Origin: Pelagomonas calceolata | Taxonomy: Eukaryota | Length of the DNA: 64,000 nt | Reading direction: 5' to 3' | NCBI GenBank assembly: GCA_918797485.1 | Contig: CAKKNE010000004.1 | Location: forward strand, 2,480,001 to 2,544,000 | In this document: in pieces, positions 30,996 through 40,205 of the stretch | Numbering within the stretch: the stretch's first letter is position 1 | Layout: every line of letters begins with the position of its first letter | Made by a program: the position numbers and the translations under genes | The notes under the pieces: model-generated | The model's input: only the letters and a program-made list of their open reading frames with translations | Databases searched by the model: none | Told to the model about the DNA's origin: nothing

Positions 30996-31392
30996 TTAGA
31001 GCTTGCCAGTGAAGAGCACCCGCGTCTCCCAGACCGCGACCAGCGCTTCCGCCGCCGACGCGTCGTCGACGCCGTTCGCCACGCGCGACGCGTTGAGGAG
31101 GCGTTCGAGGGGAGGCATCCAGCGGCAGCCGCCGCAGCGGTGCAGGACGTAGGTCGACGCATTATACGCGCCGCCCGGCGAGCTCTCCTCGGCGATCACG
31201 GAGACACGTTCTTCCCTCCCCAATACTCGGATGAATTCCCGCTGATCGCTTCGGTGATTCGCGCCGGCCCACCACCGCTTCAGGAGGAGCCGCGCCGGCG
31301 CACAGCTTACCAGAGCGAGTGCGCCCGTCGTCGCCCAGCGCGCGTGGCCGAGGGCCTTCGCCTTTTTCCAGCCCCAATGCGTGTTGTTCCAT
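30996..31392 (-). pseudogene. 3' fragment resembling a nucleotide-diphospho-sugar (GT34-like) glycosyltransferase C-terminus
   Basis: TTGALALV....RLLLKRWW....SDQREF...VLH pattern; no plausible 5' part or DxD motif upstream. Confidence 0.35.
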
Positions 31393-31675
31393 GACGCCGC
31401 TGCACTACGCCGCGCGCGGTGGACGCACATGGGATTATGAGGATTCTGGGGGCGAGTTGAAACGAATATGTAAGGTCTGTGCATCCAATGAGGCATCGGC
31501 AAAAATGGTGTCGCTCCTCGTGGCACACGGTGCCGACGTATCGTCGTGCGCCGTCGGGCCGTGGCGAAAGATTCCCTCCTCGCACGCCTTGTGCGCCTGC
31601 CGAACAGTACCGTCTGGCACGTCCTCACGTACTGGCGAGGAGATAGGCTGCCTGCAGTGTAGTCGGGGTGAGTAA
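31390..31675 (+). pseudogene. Ankyrin-repeat fragment
   Basis: MTPLHYAARGG...MVSLLVAHGADV; starts abruptly at the TPLH motif. Confidence 0.45.
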
Positions 31676-31740
31676 GTCAATGCAGGTGACGGGTATTCCT
31701 CAGGCTTGGATCACACAAGAAAAGCTACATACAAAGGTGC

Positions 31741-32769
31741 TTATTCGGCGCGGACCCACTCGTTCCCGTCATGGACGTAGCCAGCATTCTCCTCAAGGTT
31801 GGCCGTGGCGATGCGGAGGAGCTCGAGCCGCGCGTCGATACCGGCGACGTCGTCGCCCGCCTTTTGATCGGCGACGCCGCGGAGCATCTCGCCGATCGTA
31901 GTTGCGCAGCGGTAGAGAACACACAAATTCTCCCGATAGTCGTCGCTCATCGACCGAAGGAAGGACAGGGTGGTGACCCAAGGCGCATTCCGGTCATACC
32001 CGGGCTGGCCCTCTTGCAGCATGCGCTGGGGATGCTGGCGAACGGCGGAGTCAATATCAAAAGCTAAGCGAGACAAGTCTATCGCCTGGTTGATCTGGGT
32101 TCGCCGGTACTCGACAGTCGACGCTCGGAACCATTGCGATGTGAGGATCGTGCGGACCGCGGAGACGTGCAGGTGGCTAGCGGCCGGCGGCAGCGCACCA
32201 CGCACATAACCACCATCGGCGCCCTCCGAGAGGGGCCTGGACTGCGACGCTAGGACCGACGCGACGAATAACCCGCGCGCAGCATCCCGTTCTGGCGCGA
32301 GATCAGGGGTCAGGAGTTCGGCGGGCCGGAGGGCGAGTCCCAGCGCCGTATCGAAGTCCTCGAAGGCGGCACCGCCCTGCTCAACCTCTTTGCACGCCCT
32401 ATCGAACTGGCCGGTTTGGACGTAGTGCTGGAGCATCGTGTTGAAGGTGCCTTCGCGTAGCCTGACCGAGCGCAGCTTCGTCTGGACACAGCTCAAGTAT
32501 GTGCGACGCCAGCACGTCGAGAAACGACACTCCTCGCCCTGCCATATTTTGGCGGACCGCGCCACGCTTAGGGTCCGGGATTGGGTCGACGAGAGAAAGG
32601 GGAAGCGGCGCTGGAACTCCGGCCGCCAGCGCAGCGTGTCGACCTCCGCGTCGCTCGCGCAGCGGAGCGCGGTCTTCGATGCGCTTGCGAACGAGCAGAA
32701 GGAGGCCAGCTCCACGACATCGTGCTGTAGCGCGCAGCGCCACGCTTTCTCCAGGTCGGCGCTCGCCAT
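31741..32769 (-). CDS. Protein of unknown function with F-box-like N-terminus
   Basis: LASFCSFASASK..L.....D.LRWR....RRFP; 342-aa ORF. Confidence 0.55.
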   Translation of the reverse strand: MASADLEKAWRCALQHDVVELASFCSFASASKTALRCASDAEVDTLRWRPEFQRRFPFLSSTQSRTLSVARSAKIWQGEECRFSTCWRRTYLSCVQTKLRSVRLREGTFNTMLQHYVQTGQFDRACKEVEQGGAAFEDFDTALGLALRPAELLTPDLAPERDAARGLFVASVLASQSRPLSEGADGGYVRGALPPAASHLHVSAVRTILTSQWFRASTVEYRRTQINQAIDLSRLAFDIDSAVRQHPQRMLQEGQPGYDRNAPWVTTLSFLRSMSDDYRENLCVLYRCATTIGEMLRGVADQKAGDDVAGIDARLELLRIATANLEENAGYVHDGNEWVRAE

Positions 32770-32928
32770 CGCAGCGCAGGCACAAGGCTACTCCCAGGGT
32801 GTAGCCTGTAAAGCGACGCTGTCAGCAGCCTGCCGCCGCAGCGCTAGGGATGCGAATGGATCACAAATGTAGATTAACGTCGCAAATCAAGCCGGTCGCG
32901 CGTTTTTTGCCCTCGGCCAAGAGTGTAT

Positions 32929-32952
32929 GCTAGTGTCTTACGGTGCGCTAGC
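32929..32952 (+). promoter_or_regulatory. CTAG-bracketed element, type A
   Basis: GCTAGTGTCTTACGGTGCGCTAGC, midway between divergent ATGs at 32769 and 33092. Confidence 0.7.
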
Positions 32953-33091
32953 TCTATGACCGACTCGCGACGTGGCCAGGACTGCGGGTTTCTATGTCGC
33001 CATTGCGACGTGGCAAGGACTGCAGTGACGTCGCCGCAGACGCCTAGACGCTGCCCGAAAGCTCGCGAACGCAGCCCGGAGAGCCCGGCGC

Positions 33092-33931
33092 ATGGACATG
33101 GCCCGCGTCCTGCCGGCCGAGGCTGGCCCTACGCCCAGCGCCGCCGATCTGGAGGCCTACGACGCAATACTGGGCAATGCTGCTCGGTTAACGTTCCGGA
33201 TGGTGCAACACGTCCACCAGGGAAAAGTCACGACGTTTCGCGTCGACGCGGACGGTACGAAGGACGCGTTCTCCATTCTCGTCAACCACGACCGCGCGCG
33301 GCCCGGGGAAAACCTGGCCAACAACGAGCCGTTCGGCGCCTTCGTCGCGGACGTCGTACTAGGAGACGGGTCCGACAACCGCGTCGTGCAGACCATCACG
33401 TGCTCGGGCCAGATGGACTGGAAGGAATTTATGTACAATAAGAAGTCCTGCCCCCCGGTCCAATCGATGGACCGCGGCGACCAGCTCACGCTTACGAGCG
33501 GCTCCCCGGGCGGCGCGACAGGCGCGTGTGGGTGTCCCAAGTGTGACAAGGAGATCGAGTACAAGGTCGAGCGGTCGAGCGGCGCGTCCACCCGGCTCTT
33601 CGCGTCGAAGGAGCGGAACGAGGCGCAGTGCCGGCGCGCGTGGTGCGATTGTCTTTGTTGGATCACGTTCTTTGGTCCGATCTGCTTGAGCGTGTGCTGC
33701 GCGCACCCCGACTGGCACTACGAGCTCCAGGACGCGTCGAACGCGCCTCTGGGGGGCGCGTCCTTCACGCACAAGCAGTTCACGTGCTGCTACAACGAAT
33801 GCTGCGCGAAAAACCAGCCGCATAAGTCCTTCGCAGACCTCGGATCCGCGCCGCTCGCGGCGCGCCGGGACCTCGTCGCCAGCGTCGCCATGAGAATCGG
33901 CAGCATCCTCGCGACGCCGGCAACGGGGTAA
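33092..33931 (+). CDS. Cys-rich protein, possibly scramblase/Tubby-C-like
   Basis: GC3-rich ORF with Cys clusters (CCYNECC); ends in a hydrophobic helix (RRDLVASVAM). Confidence 0.55.
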   Translation: MDMARVLPAEAGPTPSAADLEAYDAILGNAARLTFRMVQHVHQGKVTTFRVDADGTKDAFSILVNHDRARPGENLANNEPFGAFVADVVLGDGSDNRVVQTITCSGQMDWKEFMYNKKSCPPVQSMDRGDQLTLTSGSPGGATGACGCPKCDKEIEYKVERSSGASTRLFASKERNEAQCRRAWCDCLCWITFFGPICLSVCCAHPDWHYELQDASNAPLGGASFTHKQFTCCYNECCAKNQPHKSFADLGSAPLAARRDLVASVAMRIGSILATPATG

Positions 33932-33965
33932 TCGCTTCGCTCGCACGCAACAATTCGCTCGCGCA

Positions 33966-34000
33966 TAACATATCCCGTCGATGGGATACGGGATATGTTA
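33966..34000. repeat. Perfect 13-bp inverted repeat between convergent genes
   Basis: TAACATATCCCGT, 9-nt loop, ACGGGATATGTTA. Confidence 0.85.
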
Positions 34001-34093
34001 CGCATCTACGAAGTAAACTTAATTTTAATCCAAGAGAATACATGCCGAGGTTCACGACGGGTGTTCCTCACGCTCGAAACACACAAAAAAAGC

Positions 34094-35521
34094 TTACGCA
34101 GCCACCGCGCCGTCGCCGCGGACGGCCGCCGCCGCCGCAATGGTCGCAAGCAGCAAGAAGAGCAAATGGAGCGCGGTCCCCCAGATCTCCGTGATGATGT
34201 AGCGACACAGAGGCGGCGCGCGGGCCGGCGACGGCCGCCCGTACATGTCCGAGGCGTCGCGCCGCGCGAGGTAGTCGGCCACGCAATGATTTGTGCCGCC
34301 GAGCCAGAGGCCGCGGCGCCGCGCCGCGTCGGCAGTCGCGATCTGTGTGGAAATCAAAATTTTACGGCGCGTGCGTCCTCCGCACCCGACACACTGGTTG
34401 ATTTCCACACAGGTCGCGACGAATGCGGGCAGATTGATATACAGCGCCACGGCGCCGAGCAGCGCGGCGACCCGCAGGTGCGCGCGGTCCCCGGTCGCGA
34501 CGCCACGTACCGCCATCGCAACCGAGGCGAACGCCGTCGCGCCGGCGAGCTGGAAGCCGGGCTGACCGGCCACATAGGCCACGACGCTCCAGCGATCGAA
34601 GAAGAACGCGTCGAAGGACCGCTGCGCGAGGACCGAGACGCCCAGCCGCGCGAGGGCCGCTACGGCGTAGCCCACGAGGGCCAGGCCGCCCAGCGCGACG
34701 ACGGCCCTTGGTTTGCTCCGCTTCTCCCCGGCGGCGGCGGCGCGGCGGCGCAGGCGCTCGGCCCACACGAGGAAGATTAAAACGCCAGCGTTCGTCGCGA
34801 GCGCCGCGGCCGCGACGCCGACGCACCACCGGGCGAACCGCCGCGAACTTTTGCAGCCGTCATCACCGAAGGGGCGGAATGCCCAGGAAGCCAGCGTCGC
34901 CAGGCTGGAGGATATCGCGGTGGGTGCAGGCCAACCGGAGGCTGCCGGTGGCAAAAGAATAGCGAGAGTGAGGAACAGCACGTTGACCACCGCCGAGCCG
35001 AGCCATTCCATGCGAACGCAGGCGCGATGCGCCACGAGCAAGCTGGCAGACGCGAGGATAATACTCTGCAGTAACGTCGCCGAGAGGACGACGGGAATCT
35101 TCTCGGGCTGCGAGCTGTCGACCCAATGCGCCGCGACGGACTGCTCGCAGAGGCAGCTCCACCACTCGTGCGTGTCGTCGTCGTCCGTGCCGCGGGCCCG
35201 GCGCGCCGCGACGACGACCCATTCCGCGATCGACGCCAGCACGCCCGCGCCGATAGAGACGACGAGGAGGTAGGCCGCCAAGCATTTGACCAACATCAGG
35301 CCGCGCGCGCAGCACGCGCGCAGCGCCTCGCGCCGGGCCGTGGCGTCGGCCTCGTCCTCATCGGGGTTTTCTGGCAGCAGCGGCGCGTCCAGCGCGCCGC
35401 CTTCCGATTGTGAGAGGGAATCGGCGTCGCTAGTGTCTTCGTCATCCGAGCGGCGGCTCTGAGCGAAGCCGGTGGGGCCTGCCGCGCCGTCGACGCCGTC
35501 TTGGGCCCAGAGTACTACCAT
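34094..35521 (-). CDS. Multi-pass membrane protein of unknown function (intron 34420-34343)
   Basis: Several TM helices. Removing the in-frame 78-bp introner gives ..LPAF-IATAD.. Confidence 0.7.
   Translation of the reverse strand: MVVLWAQDGVDGAAGPTGFAQSRRSDDEDTSDADSLSQSEGGALDAPLLPENPDEDEADATARREALRACCARGLMLVKCLAAYLLVVSIGAGVLASIAEWVVVAARRARGTDDDDTHEWWSCLCEQSVAAHWVDSSQPEKIPVVLSATLLQSIILASASLLVAHRACVRMEWLGSAVVNVLFLTLAILLPPAASGWPAPTAISSSLATLASWAFRPFGDDGCKSSRRFARWCVGVAAAALATNAGVLIFLVWAERLRRRAAAAGEKRSKPRAVVALGGLALVGYAVAALARLGVSVLAQRSFDAFFFDRWSVVAYVAGQPGFQLAGATAFASVAMAVRGVATGDRAHLRVAALLGAVALYINLPAFVATCVEINQCVGCGGRTRRKILISTQIATADAARRRGLWLGGTNHCVADYLARRDASDMYGRPSPARAPPLCRYIITEIWGTALHLLFLLLATIAAAAAVRGDGAVAA
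34335..34420 (-). mobile_element. Introner element with perfect 15-bp TIRs and 8-bp TSD
   Basis: GTCGCGAT | CTGTGTGGAAATCAA (34343-34357) ... TTGATTTCCACACAG (34398-34412) | GTCGCGAC. On the minus strand the donor GT comes from the TSD and the acceptor CAG from the TIR. Confidence 0.9.
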
Positions 35522-35706
35522 CCCGATGTTCGGCTTTCGGCAGTGCTTGTGCTTGGACAGCTGTGGGTGGGCTTTTGGTGGCTTATTGCTGCAAATGCTC
35601 GACGGGTTCGATAGTTTGTGATAATAGTCGAAACTACAATCACTAAATTCACTCAGTTTGCCCGCGGACGCTGCGTTCTCGAGGCTGCACAGGCATGCTG
35701 CCTGCT

Positions 35707-35730
35707 CTAGAGTGTCTTACAGCCGCTAGC
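35707..35730 (+). promoter_or_regulatory. CTAG-bracketed element, type A
   Basis: CTAGAGTGTCTTACAGCCGCTAGC. Confidence 0.65.
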
Positions 35731-35800
35731 GCGGCTTTGCCAGAAGAGAAGCGATAAGCTGCGAGAGAGAGAGAAGCGACACTCACCGTACTAAGTTTAC

Positions 35801-36451
35801 TCATTGGATCGGCGCGTGCCCCGCCCAGTACGCGACGCTCTCGCGGTACTTCGCCGCGTCGAGCGCGACGCCGCTGCCGCCCTCGTCCGCGCCCAAGGCG
35901 TTCCGCATCATCGTGATGGGCTGCATGGGCAGTTCGCTGTCGACGTCCTGGGCCTTGACCGAGACGATGCCCCAGGGTGCATCACTACCGCTATCTTCGC
36001 CCATGGCCGCGTTCTCGATTCTTATTTGTTCCCGCGAGTACAGGATCAGGTCCAAGTATTTTGCTGTCGGTGCTGCTATGGACTCCTTCGGGAACCACCT
36101 TGATAATACCGCGAGCTCCTTCTCCGTCCGCGCCGAGTAGCCGCTCCTCAGCAGGTGCTCGTTCTCCGGCGTGATCGCCGCGACCGCGCCCTTTGCATTC
36201 ACGAAGTTCTCGACGAAGACGTGCTTGCAGAAGGGCGCGTAACCATCAACGAGGCACGCCTCGCCGCCCGCGGCCTCATACAACTCATTCACGCGCTTCT
36301 CGAAGTCGGCCACGGGCACGTCGAGGAACGGCGCCTTGCCCGACGTCTTATCAAATTGGCGCAGGCAGAACGGGTCGACGACCAGGGCGGGCTTGAGCGC
36401 TGAGGCCATCAGGGTGGTGGAGGCGAGGCGCAGTGTGCGTGCGCTGCGCAT
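35801..36451 (-). CDS. DUF3228 family protein
   Basis: DGYAPFCKHVFVENF, GYSARTEKELAVLSRWF, AKYLDLILYSREQI and PMQPITMMRNALG..EGGSGV. Confidence 0.88.
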   Translation of the reverse strand: MRSARTLRLASTTLMASALKPALVVDPFCLRQFDKTSGKAPFLDVPVADFEKRVNELYEAAGGEACLVDGYAPFCKHVFVENFVNAKGAVAAITPENEHLLRSGYSARTEKELAVLSRWFPKESIAAPTAKYLDLILYSREQIRIENAAMGEDSGSDAPWGIVSVKAQDVDSELPMQPITMMRNALGADEGGSGVALDAAKYRESVAYWAGHAPIQ

Positions 36452-36593
36452 GCGGCTCTGCAGCGGTGCAGGGACCCTCGGTCGAGGCACGTGGCGCTTC
36501 CTACCGCTGCGTGGAGACAACGGCAGCCACAAACGAGTTCAAAAACGATCGCTAGGGGATCACTGGGCGTTTTTACGGCAAAAGCAAAGCCGT

Positions 36594-36616
36594 CTAGTGT
36601 CTTACACACCGCTAGC
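36594..36616 (+). promoter_or_regulatory. CTAG-bracketed element, type A
   Basis: CTAGTGTCTTACACACCGCTAGC, about 140 bp from each of two divergent ATGs. Confidence 0.7.
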
Positions 36617-36756
36617 TAATCGAGTCCGCGCGGTCTCGCGTTTGAGCCCCCGGGCGAACCAGTGCTGCATTGAGCATCTGCCGCAGTGCTTCTGCCACGA
36701 CTGGGCCGCTGCAGCGATCCCTACGCCGTCGCCGCGCCCACAGGGACCGATCCAGC

Positions 36757-37350
36757 ATGGCGCCCATCACGGCCGCCGACCAGGCCTTCCTCCAGCTCCT
36801 CACGCAGCGCAAAGTGCTGGAAGAAAGCGAAGCTTTGGAAGCGATGGACGCCGTCGGGTCCAAACTGGGGGGCTTCGGCGCCTTCGACGCCGGCGGCTCG
36901 GGCGACGCGCGCGCCGACCTGCGGGCGACGCTCGCGAATTTGAATAGGAAGCTGGCCTCAGCTGATCTGCAGATCCGCGGCTACTACGCTGATAGTAGTG
37001 AGGAGGACGACGGGCCGCCGAAGATCCACATCGCTTTGATCAACCTCGCGAGCGACGACGTCGCCAAGCTCACGGGCGCGTCCCAAAAAGAGGAGGAAAT
37101 CACGTGCTTGAAATCAATCCTCAAGGCGCTCGCTTCTAGTGAAGGCGCGGAGCTCGCCGAGCTGCGCAAGGGCGCGCGGGGCAAGCTCTCGGCGGCGGCC
37201 TTCGACGCCTTCGTGGCGGATCTGGTGAATGGCCGCTGGTTGGAAGTGGGCGACGAGGGCGAGGTGGCCTACGGGCCGCGCGCGATATTGGAACTGGCGG
37301 ACGTGCTCCGCGGCCACGGGGCGGAGGTGCCGCAGATGGTGAATTACTGA
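36757..37350 (+). CDS. SMC5/6 subunit NSE1-like (winged-helix part only)
   Basis: AFLQLL, N.KL...DLQIR, ALINLASDDVAKL and LV.GRWL.......YGPRAILEL; no C-terminal RING. Confidence 0.75.
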   Translation: MAPITAADQAFLQLLTQRKVLEESEALEAMDAVGSKLGGFGAFDAGGSGDARADLRATLANLNRKLASADLQIRGYYADSSEEDDGPPKIHIALINLASDDVAKLTGASQKEEEITCLKSILKALASSEGAELAELRKGARGKLSAAAFDAFVADLVNGRWLEVGDEGEVAYGPRAILELADVLRGHGAEVPQMVNY

Positions 37351-37388
37351 CTGCTGCCCGGGGCGGGGACTGTGTGTAAGAAACTACA

Positions 37389-38693
37389 TTATTCTGGACG
37401 AATGAGGCCAAGCTCGCCGTGGAGATCGCGTACGAACCTGTCGAAGTCGCCTCGTGGATTAATATCAGAAAATCGTCCGGAGTAGGGGTTGCAGTGCTTG
37501 CCGCGGATCGCCGCCGATATCTGCGGGTCTTTGACACGCATGTGGGCGAGGAGCATGAGCCGCGGAACCGGGCCCCAATCATAATTTCCCCAGGATTCGA
37601 CGATGTCGCGGATCAACCGCGCAACGTGGAAGGAACCGATCCGCCGATGGAAATAGCGGAGCGCATCCGCGAGTGGCCTCATATCCATGACTTCCTCGTC
37701 GGGATTTTCCCACCCCGTCTCTGCGAGTGCCAGAACGCCGTAATACTGCAGGCTTAGCAGATTCGCGAGGAGCCTCAGGCTCGATTCGTCGGTAGCCTCA
37801 TCTTCAGTACACACGCCGTCGCTCGAACTCGCGATTTGCAGGTGCTCGGGAATGTCAATGAGAGTCGTCAGCGGGCCCATCGCAGGATCCTGCCACGCGA
37901 CCAGGTGCGCAACCCCGCTCATAATGGCCACGGCCTCCGGAAGAAAAATCCACGCATATCCCTCAGGGGTCTGGTCCAAATTTTCGTCGTCATCGTGAAC
38001 CTCCGGGTCGTACGTAAACCAGCGCAACGTGGCTTCGTACTCCTTGATGTCGCCTATCCATCGCTTGTGCCAGGATGGCGTGACCTCGACGACCGCAGCG
38101 AGTAGATCGTGCCCGCCCATGCCGAGGCAATGCAGCGCCGGCCTGACCCGGTCGGCGGCATCTTTCGGATAGTCGCGACCCGAGTATGTGCGCCAATCGT
38201 GGAACTCGCTGACGGCGGCCTTGTTCAAATAGAACGACAAGAACACATCGCGGCGCGTGGTCACGTCGTCTCGCCACGACTGGCCCCACCGCTCCGAGCT
38301 GATATGCAATTCGACCAGCGACCGCAGCCCGCAACCCATCTCGACCAGGTTATGCAGCGCGCTCGTCTCGTTTCGCCGCAGCATCGACTCCAGAAACACA
38401 AACAGCTTGCGCGGACGCATCATCCACGCACGAGCGCGCCAGAAAAGTGCCGGGGCATATCGTTCGTCGTCGCGCCAGACCTCCAGCGCCGCGAGCGCGT
38501 CCCGCAGGCCCGGCGCGCACGCGTGGAGCTCGACGAGTCCGGTGTCGCCGGCGACATATGTGGTCGTGTGTCGCAGCAGCTCCGGCGGCAGCGTCTCCAG
38601 GCGCGACGACAGGCGGGACCGTTTCATTGGTGGTGATGGCGTGCCATCGTCGGTTTGCAGCCGTGCGAACTTGTCCATGAGGAGCTGGCGCAT
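37389..38693 (-). CDS. F-box-like protein of unknown function
   Basis: LETLPPELLRHTTTYV near the N-terminus; ATG at 38693 preferred. Confidence 0.6.
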   Translation of the reverse strand: MRQLLMDKFARLQTDDGTPSPPMKRSRLSSRLETLPPELLRHTTTYVAGDTGLVELHACAPGLRDALAALEVWRDDERYAPALFWRARAWMMRPRKLFVFLESMLRRNETSALHNLVEMGCGLRSLVELHISSERWGQSWRDDVTTRRDVFLSFYLNKAAVSEFHDWRTYSGRDYPKDAADRVRPALHCLGMGGHDLLAAVVEVTPSWHKRWIGDIKEYEATLRWFTYDPEVHDDDENLDQTPEGYAWIFLPEAVAIMSGVAHLVAWQDPAMGPLTTLIDIPEHLQIASSSDGVCTEDEATDESSLRLLANLLSLQYYGVLALAETGWENPDEEVMDMRPLADALRYFHRRIGSFHVARLIRDIVESWGNYDWGPVPRLMLLAHMRVKDPQISAAIRGKHCNPYSGRFSDINPRGDFDRFVRDLHGELGLIRPE

Positions 38694-38866
38694 GGTGAAT
38701 GCTGGCCCGACGCGTCGTGCAGCACGGGTCCAAGGGAGTATCGCACGGCCACTCGCACGCGAGAAACGGCTGCCCAAGCGCTCGGACCGAGGCTTAGGGG
38801 CTTGCAGGCTCACTCTGTCGCTGCTTACGCGGCCCGCACAGGGCTCGAGGGGTTCAAATCCAGGCT

Positions 38867-38888
38867 CTAGTGTCTTACAGACGCTAGC
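38867..38888 (+). promoter_or_regulatory. CTAG-bracketed element, type A
   Basis: CTAGTGTCTTACAGACGCTAGC between divergent genes. Confidence 0.7.
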
Positions 38889-38949
38889 AAGCGATGCCGG
38901 CTCAACAACGCCACGTCGCGAGCCGCAGGGCTGCATACTCGCCGTAGGC

Positions 38950-40146
38950 ATGCGTCGACGACGAAGCTATGCGACACTTCTCGCACTAGGCGTGCTCTTG
39001 GCCGACGCCGCGGCACCCCGCGCAAACTTGAGGCCAGCGCTGCAGCAGGCGCTGCCGAGGCGAGCAGCCCTCGCGACACTCTTGACGCCCGCCGCCGCGC
39101 ACGCCGCGCAGCTCACGGACCAGAACGCGCCCGTCACGCGACCGGAGGCCGGCCGCGCCTTCGGCGAGGCGATCCTCCCGCCCGTACCTTTTGGCAGGGC
39201 GACGTACCGCTACGACCTCGGGCGGGGCGCTTATGCTTTTGAGCAATTATTGCGGTTCCAGAACGTGTCGGCGACGGTGAGGATGAACGTTCAGAGATTG
39301 AGGAACGGGAAGTTGTGGGTCGTCGCACCAGTGGCGCCGACCGGTGAGTGTTTATCACTCCTAAAGGACATCGGAGAAGTGGAACACTTGGTCCTACCGG
39401 TCACAGCACTGGAGCACAAGGCCTTCTTCGGGCCCTTCCAGCGCCAGTTTCCGTCCGCGTCAGTGTGGGCCGCACCCGGCCAATATGGGCCCTTCGGGAC
39501 GCTCGGTTTCTCACCAGAAACGTCGACGCTGCCGTTTCGAGTCGACGGCGTGTTACCACGGACGAAGAAGGACAAGCAGCCGCCCTGGTCGTCGGAAATC
39601 GAAACCAAGACGTTCTACGTTGATTTACCCGGCAACGCGGGCCCGGTCGCCGAGGCGGCCTTCTTCCACAAGGATACCAAAACTCTGTTCGTGACGGATG
39701 CGGTGTCCTGGATTCCACGACTATCTAGAGCTCCCAACATTTTTCGGACGTCCTTCGATGACAAAACATACGACAACGACGACTTTTGGCCTAAGTCGGT
39801 GTTACAAGCAGTTTTCTTATCGTTGCGGAAGGATGGCCAGAGGTGGCCGGGCTACGACGCCATCACGGACAAAGTCGTGCGGGCTCCTATCCTAGCTGCA
39901 TTCGCGGACATCCGGGCTCCCTCGGAAACGATAGCGTGGATCGACGACGTGTGTAGGTGGCCCTTCGAGCGCGTCGTGACGTCGCACTTCGCGTCGCCGT
40001 TCGCTGCCTCTCCGGCGGAGGTGCGGAGAGCCTTCGGCCAAAATCCCAATAAAATCGATGCGCGAGACTGGAAGCAGCTTGACGACCTCAACAAGGTCAT
40101 CGTCGACAACGACCTCGGCGCCGTCATCAAGGGCGACTACCACTGA
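38950..40146 (+). CDS. DUF4336 family protein, probably plastid-targeted
   Basis: RMNV.RL..G.LWVVAPVAPTGEC, EHKAF.GPF...FP and EAAFFH..TKTL.VTDAV; signal peptide + RR..AHA presequence. Confidence 0.85.
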   Translation: MRRRRSYATLLALGVLLADAAAPRANLRPALQQALPRRAALATLLTPAAAHAAQLTDQNAPVTRPEAGRAFGEAILPPVPFGRATYRYDLGRGAYAFEQLLRFQNVSATVRMNVQRLRNGKLWVVAPVAPTGECLSLLKDIGEVEHLVLPVTALEHKAFFGPFQRQFPSASVWAAPGQYGPFGTLGFSPETSTLPFRVDGVLPRTKKDKQPPWSSEIETKTFYVDLPGNAGPVAEAAFFHKDTKTLFVTDAVSWIPRLSRAPNIFRTSFDDKTYDNDDFWPKSVLQAVFLSLRKDGQRWPGYDAITDKVVRAPILAAFADIRAPSETIAWIDDVCRWPFERVVTSHFASPFAASPAEVRRAFGQNPNKIDARDWKQLDDLNKVIVDNDLGAVIKGDYH

Positions 40147-40205
40147 AAATCGCACCATTCGTCAGTAGTAGGCCTAACATCGGTAATCTAGTCACACACT
40201 CTTAC

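Noticed and set aside
35429..35439. GCTAGTGTCTT inside a CDS
   Set aside because: Left half-site only, within coding sequence (EDTSD on the minus strand); likely chance.
38257..38949. N-terminal 231 aa of the 629-aa ORF
   Set aside because: Antisense to the F-box-like gene and crosses the promoter element; the real start is ATG 38950.
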